Shown: one piece after another, positions 39,328 to 51,732 of the stretch
How the letters are laid out: each line of letters begins with the position of its first letter
How positions within the stretch are numbered: position 1 is the first letter of the stretch
Origin: Amphiscolops sp. MND2022
Taxonomy: Eukaryota
DNA: 64,000 nt
Direction of reading: 5' to 3'
Assembly: GCA_964187785.1 (NCBI GenBank)
Contig: OZ076413.1
Span: forward strand, 43,774,001-43,838,000
The notes under the pieces: model-generated
What the model was told of the DNA's origin: nothing
What the model saw: only the letters and a program-made list of their open reading frames with translations
Database searches by the model: none
Position numbers and translations under genes: made by a program

Positions 39328-42300
39328 GATAAACTGAATGAAGTCCATTTTTTACGCGTTAAGGTGCGAAATCTTAAACGTTTGAATCACTGTAGATGGC
39401 CCGGTCAAAAATCTATTTTATGGCATCATGCTTCATAATGGTCAATTTCGCGCTATACTACAAGACATTTCTCAGGGAGAACCATATTTCGACACTTTCA
39501 TCCTGATTTCACTGTGGCAGGGAATTCCCGCGTGGCCTCGTTAAAGCGAAAATGTGTGGTCGATATGAAACGAACGTTAAACAGCTTCTAATGCATTGAA
39601 TGTGTTTTCCTTGGAGGCTCCTTTTGGGAGTCAAAATTCAAGAATTTACTTGGATTGTAGTTCAAATTCTGGGGACTATCTACGATCAGAAAAGTGTCTC
39701 TACGAGGTATCGCATTCGTCTGTTTTTTCCAAAGTTTTTATTTGGGTAAAGCATTGAAAAAAGGATAAGGTTTACGTGCTTATATAAACAGCTAATAAAC
39801 TAACTCTCAAAGGATGAAAAAAATGGATTAAAAAAATGATAATACACTTGAAAAATGTGTTTTAGGATACATAGGTTCTGACATTTTTATAGAAGCAATT
39901 AAATTTCACTCAAGGATAATTCAAATTTTAGTCTCATGTGAAAGAAAATCGAAATTGTAGTTTAATCAGCTGTAACATAAAAAGCACTTCGTTTTGTCAG
40001 AAAAGCGCCAGTAAAAAGCTGAGAGAAATGATATACAATGATGAAATTGAGTATATATGTACCAAATTCGGCGTCAGTATCAAACATTTAAACGTTTTTA
40101 ATTACTAATGAGCCCTAAATTATTCAAAGAGCTAATTCTAGCTCCACTTACAGCGAATGAATCAATTATTTACAAAAAAAAGTAACATGGATCAAATTTT
40201 TAAAGTTTTTCATCAAAGTTTTGAAAAACACTCTAAATTTAAATTTAAAATTAAACAAGTGGTGAAAAATTGCTTACTTGGGAAATGTTCCTCAAATTAG
40301 AATTCTTCAAATTAGTCAAACACAATAGAAATGTACTGCTCTAAATTTGTTCTTAATTGTCATTTTAGGCAGAATTGTTGAGAAAACTGTCAACTTAATC
40401 AACTTGAAAAGCAGCCTGCTTTCCGAAATTGCGAATGAACAAAAATAATTGAGAACAAATCAATTGCCATGCCACCTAGCGTACGGCATCTTTTTAGCTT
40501 CGAAAATTTTCAATACATCAAGTGACAATTAACCTCTATCGGGACGTTCTCGGATGGAGTCAAAAGCAATGGAATCGTTTTTGCAACATGTCAATTTTGT
40601 CTAGATATTTGAAGATCTAAAATCACGAAGAGCAAGCTAATCAATTCAAGCTTCAATAGTTTTTGCTGTTGTTTAGACCACCTTTTTCGAAGAGTTGGAC
40701 TCAGGGCGTTGATATGAGACTCCAATTTACAGAAGTCGATATAAAATTAGGACTTCTTCTCAGATATCAAATTCGATCCATATCAGATGGTGAACGAAAA
40801 TTTTAAAAATTGCAAATCCATCTTAAGTGTCATTCTTAGCTTCAATTCTTGATTTATTCTGATTTTCAAAAATATACAGTACAATTTTATAACAGGTTCT
40901 ACTTAAAAAATAATTTTGACTTCTTGGAGAAAAAACTTATGGTGGTTTATCAGAAAAAAAAGTTACGAAGGCTACCCGAAAAAACATCAGATTTAAAAAG
41001 TGGGGAAAAAGTGACACATTTATGAATTATCGTGAATTATTGTTATACAGTAAGATGCTTTACAAATACATCTAACACAGAAAAAATATAACATTGCAAT
41101 GTAATGACTGTCTTCTAATTCTAGTATGAAGTTATTACTAGTAGGTGCATTTCGGTCATTAACTCAGACGGAAGTTAATCAAACCAAAAATTGCATCTAA
41201 AGTCAAAGTTTTTGGTTATTGTTTTCTATTAAAAGAGGGAATAACTAACCTTTTATTTTGGTAGGAAGAAGCCCCTGTTAGTTTGGGAGTTGCGAACGAA
41301 GGAATGAATGACGAGTGAAGGTGAGATTTAACTCCCAAATTAAAGGGGAGCGTATTCTGATCATTGCAACGGGGAGTAGTGCCTAAGCGCTTCTTGAGGC
41401 CACTGTGAAGCCATGATTAGAAGGGAAACTTGGCAATTATTGTAAAAAAAATATCTTGGTTTATTTGCTGAACGGTTTCATGTAGAGTATGCTTGTTGGC
41501 ATTTAATTAGGAGAAAATGGCTAGTTTAAAAAGTTAAAGATTGCATACAAAGTAGCAATTAAAGGATTCCAATCGACTCGAAAAACACTTTAAAATACCA
41601 AAAAATCCATTAAAGATGAAACTTTGCTTGTTCACTTGCTAATTCGCAACAACAATCGAGATTTTTACGCTAAATTTTGCCAATGAAGTTAATGACCTAC
41701 ATAATGGTACGAACTGGGCCGCGCTAATTAAATTCTACAGTGCCTGAGAGGTACGGAAAAACGGTCGCACTTTTCTACCTTAGCGGGATTTTTGGCGGGG
41801 TAATTGGTGAGAGGGTGAGAAAAAGTGTGAACAAATTATTGGAAAATTGTGTCTTGGAAAAAATGTTGAGAGCATGGAACAGAAGGAAAGAAAATTGGTA
41901 GAACCGAAAACTTGGTAGAGGGAAAATTTTAGGTGGCAAGCGGGAAAAGAGGCGAGGAAAAATGGAAATGAGGAGAGAAAAAAGGGTTGAAAAGATTTGG
42001 ATGCTTGCAGTTCGTTCTCGGTAGAGTGGAAACGCGAAATATGACTGTGCTATGTTGCGTTAAGCTACTTAATGTGGTGGCTACGCTGCACTTTTAGCGA
42101 TAGAGAAAAGATTTAAGTAATTTTATGCTTAGGTCTTGGACGCAGTAGCGAATAGAGAAAAAGAGGAAAATGAAAAAAGAGAAAAATCCGTAGTCTTGAG
42201 AAATAGCAGAAAAGCAGTTAAGATTGTTAACGTGCGTGCAGTGGTTGAGGCTATCGACTGAGTGATTTGGATGTATTCGGACTTCTACAGAGAACTGTTC

Positions 42301-43306
42301 TCAGGAATTGTGATGTGTTCTTTTTGCTGCTGCTTCTATTCTGCTCCTGCAGTATGTAGCAGCAGCAGCTCACATTAGCAATGGACGAATAGCAGGCGAG
42401 GGAGAAAATGTGAAGAAAAAAAAGGATAAGATTGTGGTGAAGACCTAACTAGAAATGAGTTGAGCACAAAAGCGGCGAGCGAGTACTGAGAATGATGTCT
42501 TAGGTGGCTGGCATATGCTATGACCACTAGTAGTTGAGAATAGTGGAGTATAGTAGAAGCTGCTGCGTCACGTCTGCTTCTTCTGTTCAACCACGGAATA
42601 ATAGACTTATAAAAAGAAAGGGAAAAGGAACGAAGAACATATAAAATAAAGAAACAATGTTCAGGCTTATTGCATCCGCCGTCAGTGCTCCGCGTTGCCA
42701 TGGAGACAATGCAATACTACTCCGCCATCACTGCCGCCGAACGGAACAGAAAAAAATAAAGGAAAAAGGAGAATTAACATAGACGTGGAAAGTAAGAAAA
42801 GGTATATTTCATTACCTTTGTATATGTATAAATATATGTATATATGTTCGTATATGGGAAAAATGATAGGAGGAAATAGACGCAAAGCAGGAAAGCGTGC
42901 TAGAGTATCTACAATCTTTTTTTTATTCTGCGGACGTTGGAAGGTATTAAAGGAAGAATAATAAAAAAGTATTGACAGCCAAGACTTATCCATTATACGA
43001 ACAATCTTGCCTCAACAAGCGTTGAAGGAGAAGCGAAAGAAAGCACCAAAAGAGGGGGGAGGTTTCTTGAAAGCGGGGGGGGGGGGTTCGATGGTTTAGA
43101 GGAAAAGGAAGGGATTTGTGGATTCATTTAACGGGTAAAAAGAAAAGATGGAAAAGAAGCGAATGACGACGTGAAAGCAGAAGCTGTGAAGATGCTTGTT
43201 ACGTAATCTATCGTATTACGTAATCGAATTGGATGGATTTCTAGTCGACGTAGCTTCTACTGTTCTAACCAGCGAGGAAAGGACAGGAAGTGAAATGAAA
43301 AGTAGA

Positions 43307-43360
43307 GGGAAACCCGTTATGAGAAGGAGCGGGAAACCCGTTATGAGAAAGAGCGGGAAA
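43307..43360. repeat. 24-bp tandem duplication
   Basis: GGGAAACCCGTTATGAGAA(G/A)GAGC twice, plus GGGAAA. Confidence 0.9.
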
Positions 43361-46300
43361 TCTGCAGCTAGTACAGCCACGGTTACGCTGTAAGGGGTAT
43401 GGAAAAGCTCTTACGGGTTGGTAGACAATGTAAGAAAAGATGCTTGGTATCTCCTACGATCCAACTGATTTCACATTTCCTTAAATGAATTTTTTCAGAC
43501 AGGCAAGGGAAACAAGCGAATGATACCATTAAGCATTGCCGTACGACTACTCCAAAAAATACCATTGCGATAACTCCACGGGTTACCCAATGTTATATCC
43601 ATTGTGTGTCGTTGTAGATACCTTGCTATATATCATATAGATATACTAAGTTAAAGTGTGGTAATTGCATTGCTACATTTATATTATATATACGGTATGT
43701 ATCCATGTTTCGACTTCTTGGCCTTCTGAAGCAGAACAGAGAAAAAGACAAGATGATTCAAATTGATTATAACTGTATTGTAATTATAACTTTCACTGTT
43801 ATAATTGCAAAACCATTCGATTCTGACCGAGATCTACATGCATCTCACTAAATTGTATAGTGTACTTTGTACTCTATTTCATTCGACTTTACTCCTCCGT
43901 TTCGCCATCATTTTTTTCTACAAATCTTTTTCAATCTTTGGCCATCAAGCTTTTATGACGTAATCATAGGTAGAAGCTTTTAATCACCATGTTGTGCTAG
44001 TTAATCTAGCTGTCACATAACTCTAACTTAACCGAGCGTGGATAATAATTCTTTTTCTCTCCTTTGCCTTTTTTCCTAAAGAGGTGAAAAACTGCAGTGA
44101 CAAGATTCTGCAGTGTGTATATGCTTCACTTACACTCGCTCCTCGTATTATTTAAACGCATTTGCAACCTACCGATAAAAAATAGCAGCTAGAATGCGTC
44201 TAGAGAAGCGTGATTTTTTCAAGTTCGGCTCGTTTTTCAGTTTCCTCCTTAAAAACCAGACCTGCACTCGCGTGTGCGTTGGAGATAAATCATAAATACG
44301 AAGCAAAAAGTAATTATAGGATGTGGTCTATGTTCCTTATACTCCATATATGTACATATGTATATTATGGTATATGTATATATACTGGTGTGGCGTACAG
44401 GGGAGAGAGTGTATATATACATATTTCTCCGTTATAGCAATCGCGCCTGAATGCCTTAATTGAGAATGACGTAACGTGATTTAAAACATCGAAAATAAGA
44501 GCCCGAGAGAAAATGTCACGAACGTGTTACAATTGTTCTTTGCTGCTGGACCATGCACACATAAAGGCGAAATTGGTAAGAGCAGGAGAAATAGGGATAC
44601 GAGGGACAATGGCACACAAAAGAGCGCGCTGGGAAACCAAGTTGCAAAGAGGAGGAGGGGGGGGGGTTGGAAAAAAGGAAAGGAAAAAGGAAAGAGGAAG
44701 AAAAAAGATAAAGGGAGCAAGCATAGGTTGATCAGTGGCGATTGTTACACGCAGTCAAAATTCGTAGTATTGGCTGTGGTGGTGTTTTATACTCTTATAC
44801 TTTTACCTGTAGTTACTTACATTGCAATGTATAAACGCGTAAAAATAAAAGGCGAAAAGGGCACACTACTACGTGCTGTTTGTAACGAGAGTATGTGGTT
44901 AAGAAAATGTCAGGAAAAAATGTTGAGAACGCAGCAAAATCAATTTTACTCTTAAATTTCTTTTCTTTTGCTCGTAGCAAATACATCCATACAAAAAATG
45001 GCATTATCCGTTGACTGCCTGATAGCCGAGATGGAAACTTCCCGGCACTGTTTCCTTCCTGCCTGTTACTTCAATCCAAATCAATGCGAATCAAAATTTA
45101 TATTCTTTCTTCTTTTCTCACAATTGTTCATTGAGAACAACATACCATTCAACAGCACGGGGCAAAAGCAAGGCAAAATGTAGTTGCTGAGAGTGAATGG
45201 GTTAATAATGATGAAATTCAAGCATACAATTTTTGCTAACGAGGTACTACCAACAACACCCAATACCCCCCTCTCCGACTTAATCCCACATTTTCTCTCG
45301 ATCGACCCCCCTCGACTCCCTACCACGACCTTTCATTTCGCATTTCAGCTCCTATCAATTTTTCCCTCTAGCACTCATTAAGATTGTCAGATCATCTCCT
45401 GCAACTAAGTACAGTAAATTATACTCAATGTACTGCTGTCAAGAAGTATTAAATTATAATTTAAAGCACGACCACTGTAATTTGTCAAAATCGAACCCCT
45501 GACATCGTTTCGTTCCCATCGCAACCAAAGCATTTTTCCTCTTCCTAATGTTTTCCTTACCTGTTATCACTGAATTTGGAGAATGAAAAAAAAAATCAGA
45601 TTTTAAATAAATGCGAAAAAAGTAAATAAAAACAAGTCGCCCGTTGATGTCTTTTAGCGAGCCTGCTAAGCCAAAAAACTACGAAACTTGCACGGAAAGT
45701 GCAAAAACCATTGAAAACTTACCTGTTTTTTGTTTATTTTGGTTTCACAAAAACTTCAGAATTCAGATTTGCCGCGAATAAATTGGATTTTACGAAAATG
45801 GGATGGTTTATGGCATTCGTGACAAACTGATAATTTTGAATTGAATCAATGAATGACGTTAGCAAAATCTTGAAAAACTCATTAGAAAATTACTAAATCA
45901 CGTCATATTGGTGAAAAATCATTATCTACCGATCATTTAATACTTGTGTGATTAAACTTTCAACCAATCTGAACCTCAGAAAAAAAGCTGAAACATTTCG
46001 AACTGGAAATTTTCGATGTGGACGAAGTTTGCTACAGAAGTGTTCAAATTCTGCTGTTGATTTTATCCAACTTTGCAAAATGCCCATAGCCATCTCAACA
46101 AAATTATCAGAAACAAGACGTCTGTAACGAGATCCGTTCCACGCTAAGTTATTCTCGCAACTGCACTATTTAGAATTTTTAGGGCTATTCACGCCAACAA
46201 AAACAAAAAAACTGTACAAAACATACATAATGAAGCAGAAATTCAAGTGAAAGGACATATTATGTTAATCATTATGGTGCTTTTCATATTCAGACATTCT

Positions 46301-46763
46301 TTTCAAAAGCATTCAGTGATGTTAAGTAATGCATATGCAAAGCAAATTGTTTGTCGTTGAACTGTCAAAGAAACTCAATTTTCAATTTCCGCCCATATTT
46401 CCAAATGGGAAACAAATATTACTAAGTGAGCTGAGTTTCCTCTTCCACAAAACTGCCTTGTTCCAAGTCCAACTTATAGAAGTTCATACCCGAATTATAG
46501 AAGTTTTTCCACAGAATTCAACTAGACGCTAAAAGCGCCTACTTCAAGCGCCTAAAAGAAAATTTTTAAAATATTTTTTGTCAAGTTTTTGAGTCCTTCC
46601 TTGCCATAGAATATGTAAAGAGTTCCGCTACGAACAATAACCTATCCAGGAGGCTTTTTAGAGGACATATTTGCGGTGTTTTGGTATAAATGTGCGTCAA
46701 AAAGAAAAACTCTGTGATCTAGGGTATCCAAAGAGTTCAATAACTAACCATTGAGTCATTCAT

Positions 46764-49333
46764 GGTGTGCGTTCACTTCACCACAAAATCATTTCACCCA
46801 AAAATCATTTCACCCCATTTGATTTCACCCCACGTTTATTTCACCCCATGTTCATTTCACCCCACGTTCATCACGTTCATTTCACCCCACGTTCATTTCA
46901 CCCCACGTTCATTTCACCCCACGTTCATTTCACCCCACGTTCATTTCACCCCACACTTTAAATAACCAAATGCGTCTCAGACTAGTAAGACTTTTGACAA
47001 GAAGACTTTGAAATCTACCGTCTGGTTGTTTAACCACTTCGCTTCGATTGACAGGCTCTTATTTTCGGACGAAAGTTTCACAGTTCGAAGTAAACACCAG
47101 TCAACATCAATAAACAACTTTCTAATTTTGCGTTTATTGAGTTCATAATTGAAAAACGCGTGATCAAAATCAACGTTCACAGAAAACGAACACTACGGCA
47201 AGGAGCAAGGAGTGCCCAATGACCTTGTCAATCAAAACAGTTTTCACTTCCTTGAACGATTTCAATGCTATAATCAAATGAAAATGATAATTGAAGTTGG
47301 TCAACATCAATACTCATAGTGTAGTGGTAACGACAGCGTCTAAGAATCTAGTGACTCGAGTTCCAACCTAATCCTTGACAATTTTCCATTAATTATATCC
47401 GCACATTTCCCGCTCAATCCCACATCTTGGGGTTGGGAGAAGCTGGGAACGAATGGAAATGGGTAGAACAAACCTTGATGTACACTTGATTCTACTGTCA
47501 ATTTTTGAGCTCTTAAATTGCATTAGAACGCATAGAAAATCGATTTTCATTGAAAATCACAGTATACTTAGAAACTAAATTCTAATAACGTAGCATTGAA
47601 GCTGGACACACAAAAAGTTTAAACTGTGAGTGCTGCTATCAACCTCAAAAAGGTCAAAGGAATTCCTTCATTGTAATGAGCCATAATCTTTTGGACTTTC
47701 TCATTAATGTCACGGTACTTCTTGCGGGTTAATTCTGGCTGTTCGGCATTTGTTTGAAAATAGCGCAGCTTCTGAGAATCAGCGTCTTTTTTCACGGTCG
47801 CAAGAAATTTCCAGATAGTTGGATGCGCACCGTGGAATTAGGACTGCAGGCCAAAATGCCATCCTTCCACAAAATTTGTGGTACGCACAATGCCCTCAAA
47901 AGCAGCTTCTTGTTGATTCCATATATTAGATGGAAACAATGGTTTCCGGGGACCTTCTACGTATGTTTTCGCGATATAGAAGCACAACACATCAATTTTT
48001 CAAACTCCGCCATATCCACGTCTTGGCTGTCACATGCTTCAGTGATATGGTCAGCGATCAACGAGAATGTTGCTTCTATTTTCCTTTTGTCTTCGAAGGC
48101 AAGGTCTGGTAGACTTCGAAGGGCTAAAGCTATTTCCGGTTTGGTTTCATCAACTTTTTTCAAACCCAACTGGTTAATTCGGCGATTGAAGTTTTGGTAT
48201 GAATGAATATAGCAACCAAGCATTTGAGCAGATAGGAAATTTTTGAAAGACCTTCATTGGTGCCTGTTCAAAGTCTAACACAATTCAGCTTGGGCAGGCG
48301 TCTGGTATGCTCGGTGAAATGGGTTCTATCATCCTGCTGTACGTTTTCCTGACTTTTTCGGTAGCAGCGCGTAAACGCATGCTGGAGCCGACTATCCAAC
48401 TTGGGGGTGGATGGTGTAGAGTTGATGGAAAAGGGTTGGTGGCAGTTTAAATGTCCCATCTGCGAGCCATTGTTTGGATCGCAGTGGCAAATTCACGAAA
48501 TCTTTGTCTCCGAAAACTGGAACTCGCGGGAGATCCTCTGACCCCGTGTCAGCAATCACGAAGTCACGGAAACATTCAAGAAGAAAGAACTGCCGGTTTA
48601 TGGGGTGCTTCGTTCAACGAGATTGTTCACTCGTCTTTACCGGCGTGACATCTGAATTAACGATCTTTTGCTATGTAAACATAGTTGGATGGCGTAATAG
48701 TTGACCATCGGGAGGATTGAACTGCTGACAGCAACTGAAGGTGTACGTTGCACAATTCTTATTTTAATCTCAGCAATGACTTTCCGTGTTTCTGGTTTGC
48801 CGAACTTCGGTTCATGCACATGCTCTCTCATCACTTCCAAAACATGTTCAGCGGTAGATGTGGTTGTATCACTGCGTTTTAATTTTTGGTATTGACGGCA
48901 ATTTCGTGTCTTTGGTTTTCCTTCGCGATTTTTGAAAAACTCGTGACCATCAACAACGAGGATAGGTTTTCATTTCGAAGAGGTAGGAAACATTTTGGTT
49001 GCAAGATTCGATTGTTTAATAGTTTAACTGCAGGGTTTCAAAGTTTTTGGAACACATGATTCAAGTTTTAAAACCATTTGCATTAACGCCTAGTGCAAAC
49101 GTACACCGGATTTTCGAAATGACTAATTATTATAAATAGTTTCACACTATTATTACGTTTGATTGTTTAAACGCAGAATAGCGTTAATGCGGATGTTGTA
49201 ATTAGTTTTAGACGCTTTTGGCTGAATAGAATGTGGGTGAAATGAACTTGGGTGAAATAAACTTGGGATGGAAAGAACGTAGGGTGAAATGAATCTGGGG
49301 TGAAATGAAATTGGGGTGAAATGATGCAAAGCC
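46764..49333 (-). mobile_element. Mutator-like (FLYWCH-MULE) DNA transposon with tandem-repeat TIRs
   Basis: GG...CC ends. Left arm has a 16-bp unit CATTTCACCCCACGTT; right arm has inverted GGGGTGAAATG units. Flanks TCATTCAT (46756-63) and CCATTCAT (49334-41) form a candidate TSD. Contains a decayed transposase. Confidence 0.88.
47619..48993 (-). pseudogene. FLYWCH-MULE transposase pseudogene
   Basis: N-terminal KPILVVDGHEFFKNRE...HVH (FLYWCH-like). MULE-type motifs DGTFK-P--FHQLYTIH, CVYALLPKK, LGCYIHSYQNFNRRINQLGLK, RTTNFVEGWH and KKYRDINEKV...FLRLIA. Stops and frameshifts. Confidence 0.85.
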
Positions 49334-49535
49334 CCATTCATTAGGCTTTCCAAAAACTCATGTATTTGGTAGAAAAATTCTGCCAGAAAAATGAAAATTT
49401 TTCTGTTTTTCTCTTTTCGATTGTGTTAACCAATTTTTGTAAAAGTTTTGGAACGCTCAGTAGTTAAAATCATCATTTAAAATCAAAGTATCTTTTTTCT
49501 AGCGTACTTTTAGATTGGGAGCCTAACTTTAATTA

Positions 49536-51382
49536 AAACAAACCGGGAACGGCCCAAGTCGGCGCCATATCTAACGCTCATAAATAGCAAAAGAAATTCA
49601 AGATGTCAAGTATTCTCTTCTACAGTAACCGCATGAGGAAAAAATCAAATAAATTTTTCTTGGTCTCCGGTAATTCACATAGTGCCAAAAAATGTAAGGG
49701 AGTCCATTTGGGAGTTTTTGATCATCCATTCTTTTGCAAATATAAAAAAATTGAAGGAGGGCGCTTTGGAGACATTAAAAAAATTGTCAAAAAATTCTCA
49801 CAAAGCCGAAACAACCTGCACAAAAAAATTTCGGTCAAGGGCGGGACTCGAAGTCACGTCCTTCTGCTTGGCAGTCCTCAAAAAGCCTAATCAACCTCTA
49901 TGCCAAGTGCCAGGCATTTAGTGTTAGTGCAAGTCAGCTTATAAAGCTTATAAAATCTGTCACTTCGTTGGTCCACATTTAGTCCACATTTCTTGTAATC
50001 TAGAGAAAGACTCTCTTGTTTCATAAAGTGAACAGTATGCGATCAGAAGTTGATTTCAATATCACACCCAATTTGTTCTCATTAGTGGCATTGGAAAAAT
50101 TGTAACAAACGACTTCCGAAAAAAAAATTGAACAAAAGTAGCTATTCTTGAATGATATAATTAGCGGGGAACGGCCCATGTCGGCCCTCGGCTTAAGGTC
50201 CAAAAAGCGCAAATTGTTTGAAATATTCAGGGACCATTTTTTCGATTATAATACAGTGCCTGAAAATACCCGAAGGGTACCCTTGAGAATCGAAAATAGC
50301 CTCTTCTGAACTGAAAACATCAGAAGCACGTGTATGTTAAAAAAACATTTTTTTCTTTTAAACAAAATTTCATAGTGCCAAAAATCCCAGAAGGAGGCAC
50401 TTTTTTGTCAGGCACTTCTTTGTCAAAATTATATCACATTCACTGAGCAAAAAATTACCAGAGGCTACCTATAAGAATCAAAAATCTTTTTTTCTCCAAC
50501 AAGAAACATTAAAAGAAAGATCGATAAAATTTTTCTTCCGAAAAAATCTCATATTTCAAAAAAGGAGCTGCAGGCCCGCAAAACGCTTTTTCCAAGCTAA
50601 GAACTTGAACTTAAAAGTTAAAGGGGTACCGATTGACCGAATTGAAAAGTTTTTGGAAAAAAATTCGCATAGTGCCGAAAACGTAGCTTTTCCACAGGTG
50701 ATGAGAAAACACTCATCAGTCTCCGAGGAACAAAAAATGTCACCATTAAGGCTCGGAAAACGAATTTCTTCAACTAAAAACCTCAAAAAACTGAAAATTG
50801 GCTGAAATTTTTCTTTCTATTTTTTGGTTTCACTTGTTTTCCAAAAAAAATGTCTTCCATAAGTCGCAGAGTGCCGAAATATTGAAGAAGTCCTCTATGC
50901 TCGCAAAACGGTGTTTCTGCTAAAAACTGACGGAGGGTAACACGATTGTTTCATAAAAAATCAAAAAGGCGGGAAACGTTTGGTTTTTTCTGTACCTTTG
51001 CAAGCATAAATCAAAATTTTTCGAAAGAAGTCCCACGGTGCCGCAAAACACAAAAAAAAAGAAAAACTTCAGCTTCCTGCAGAAAATCAAAATAACCAAA
51101 GAAGTGACCATTTGGTGACATCAAGAATTTTCGGAAAAATGCAGAAAAAAATGCAGTAAAACCAAGCCTACTGAGTTGTCTAGTAACGACAAAAACTTAA
51201 AAACTAATGTCGCCAAAGGTGGTACTCTTTGGAAACACCAGAGATGGCTTGCTATTAAGGTAGGAAGGCCTAAAGAAATTCTGTATGAAGTGGGCCTTTC
51301 AGTGTTGGGTCTGTGGTCTGCAGAAAAAAGTGTCACTGTAAGAGTCGGGCGTTTTTGTTTCTCACAAAGCGCACACTAAAAA
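49536..51382 (-). mobile_element. Two adjacent HINE-family copies (about 49536-49985 and 50160-51382)
   Basis: Hairpin plus sub-TIR heads (CCGGGAACGG..AGTCGGCGCC and CGGGGAACGG..GTCGGCCC). Tail CACTGTAAGAGTCGGGCG...GCGCACACTAAAA at about 51335-51382. Confidence 0.65.
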
Positions 51383-51732
51383 TGTTCGCATCTTGACCAG
51401 CGTAGCAGTACTTTGGGGGAAAACTCGAACATTTTTCTCAGCCAGAAAATTGTACAGATGGAAAATGACCTGTTCAACAGGATAAAAGGTAGTTTTGAAA
51501 GAGTAATCAAAACGGTTCGGTGCTAACCAACAACAAACAGAACTGTTGAGGGCGTTAAAATTGAAGTGGCTACAGGAAACACAGTCAAAGGTTGTACTAA
51601 AACGTCAATGCTAATGATAGACAACTTGCTCTGCACATTTCAAATAGAATTTATTACATTGTTTACAAACATTTTCGCTTTGTCAAGTTCAAATTTTTAA
51701 AAGCAATCCTTTGTTTAAATTTTTGGAGCTAA

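Larger units (their letters stand above)
27123..45800 (-). ncRNA. Putative spliced non-coding host transcript of miR-124; candidate exons about 45800-45723, 45569-45561, 40340-40278, 37854-37712, 35399-35350, 31381-31333, 28161-28086 and from 27353 downward
   Basis: GTAAG donors paired with nearby AG acceptors on the miRNA strand, e.g. CAG|GTAAGT at 45723/45722, CAG|GTAAGG at 45561/45560, AAG|GTAAGA at 35350/35349 and TGG|GTAAG at 28086/28085. The miRNA falls in the predicted intron 28085-27354. No long ORF is present. The exon chain is inferred from splice signals only. Confidence 0.35.

Noticed and set aside
42326..42369. Hairpin GCTGCTGCT...AGCAGCAGC as a novel miRNA
   Set aside because: Too short and driven by triplet repeats.
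44440..44460. TAAGGCA on the minus strand suggesting a second miR-124
   Set aside because: The match ends after 7 nt and there is no evident precursor fold.
46762..46965. ORFs rich in HFTP/FHP repeats
   Set aside because: Translation of the 16-bp tandem unit of the MULE TIR.
47754..48895. Plus-strand ORFs up to 150 aa
   Set aside because: Antisense shadows of the minus-strand MULE transposase.
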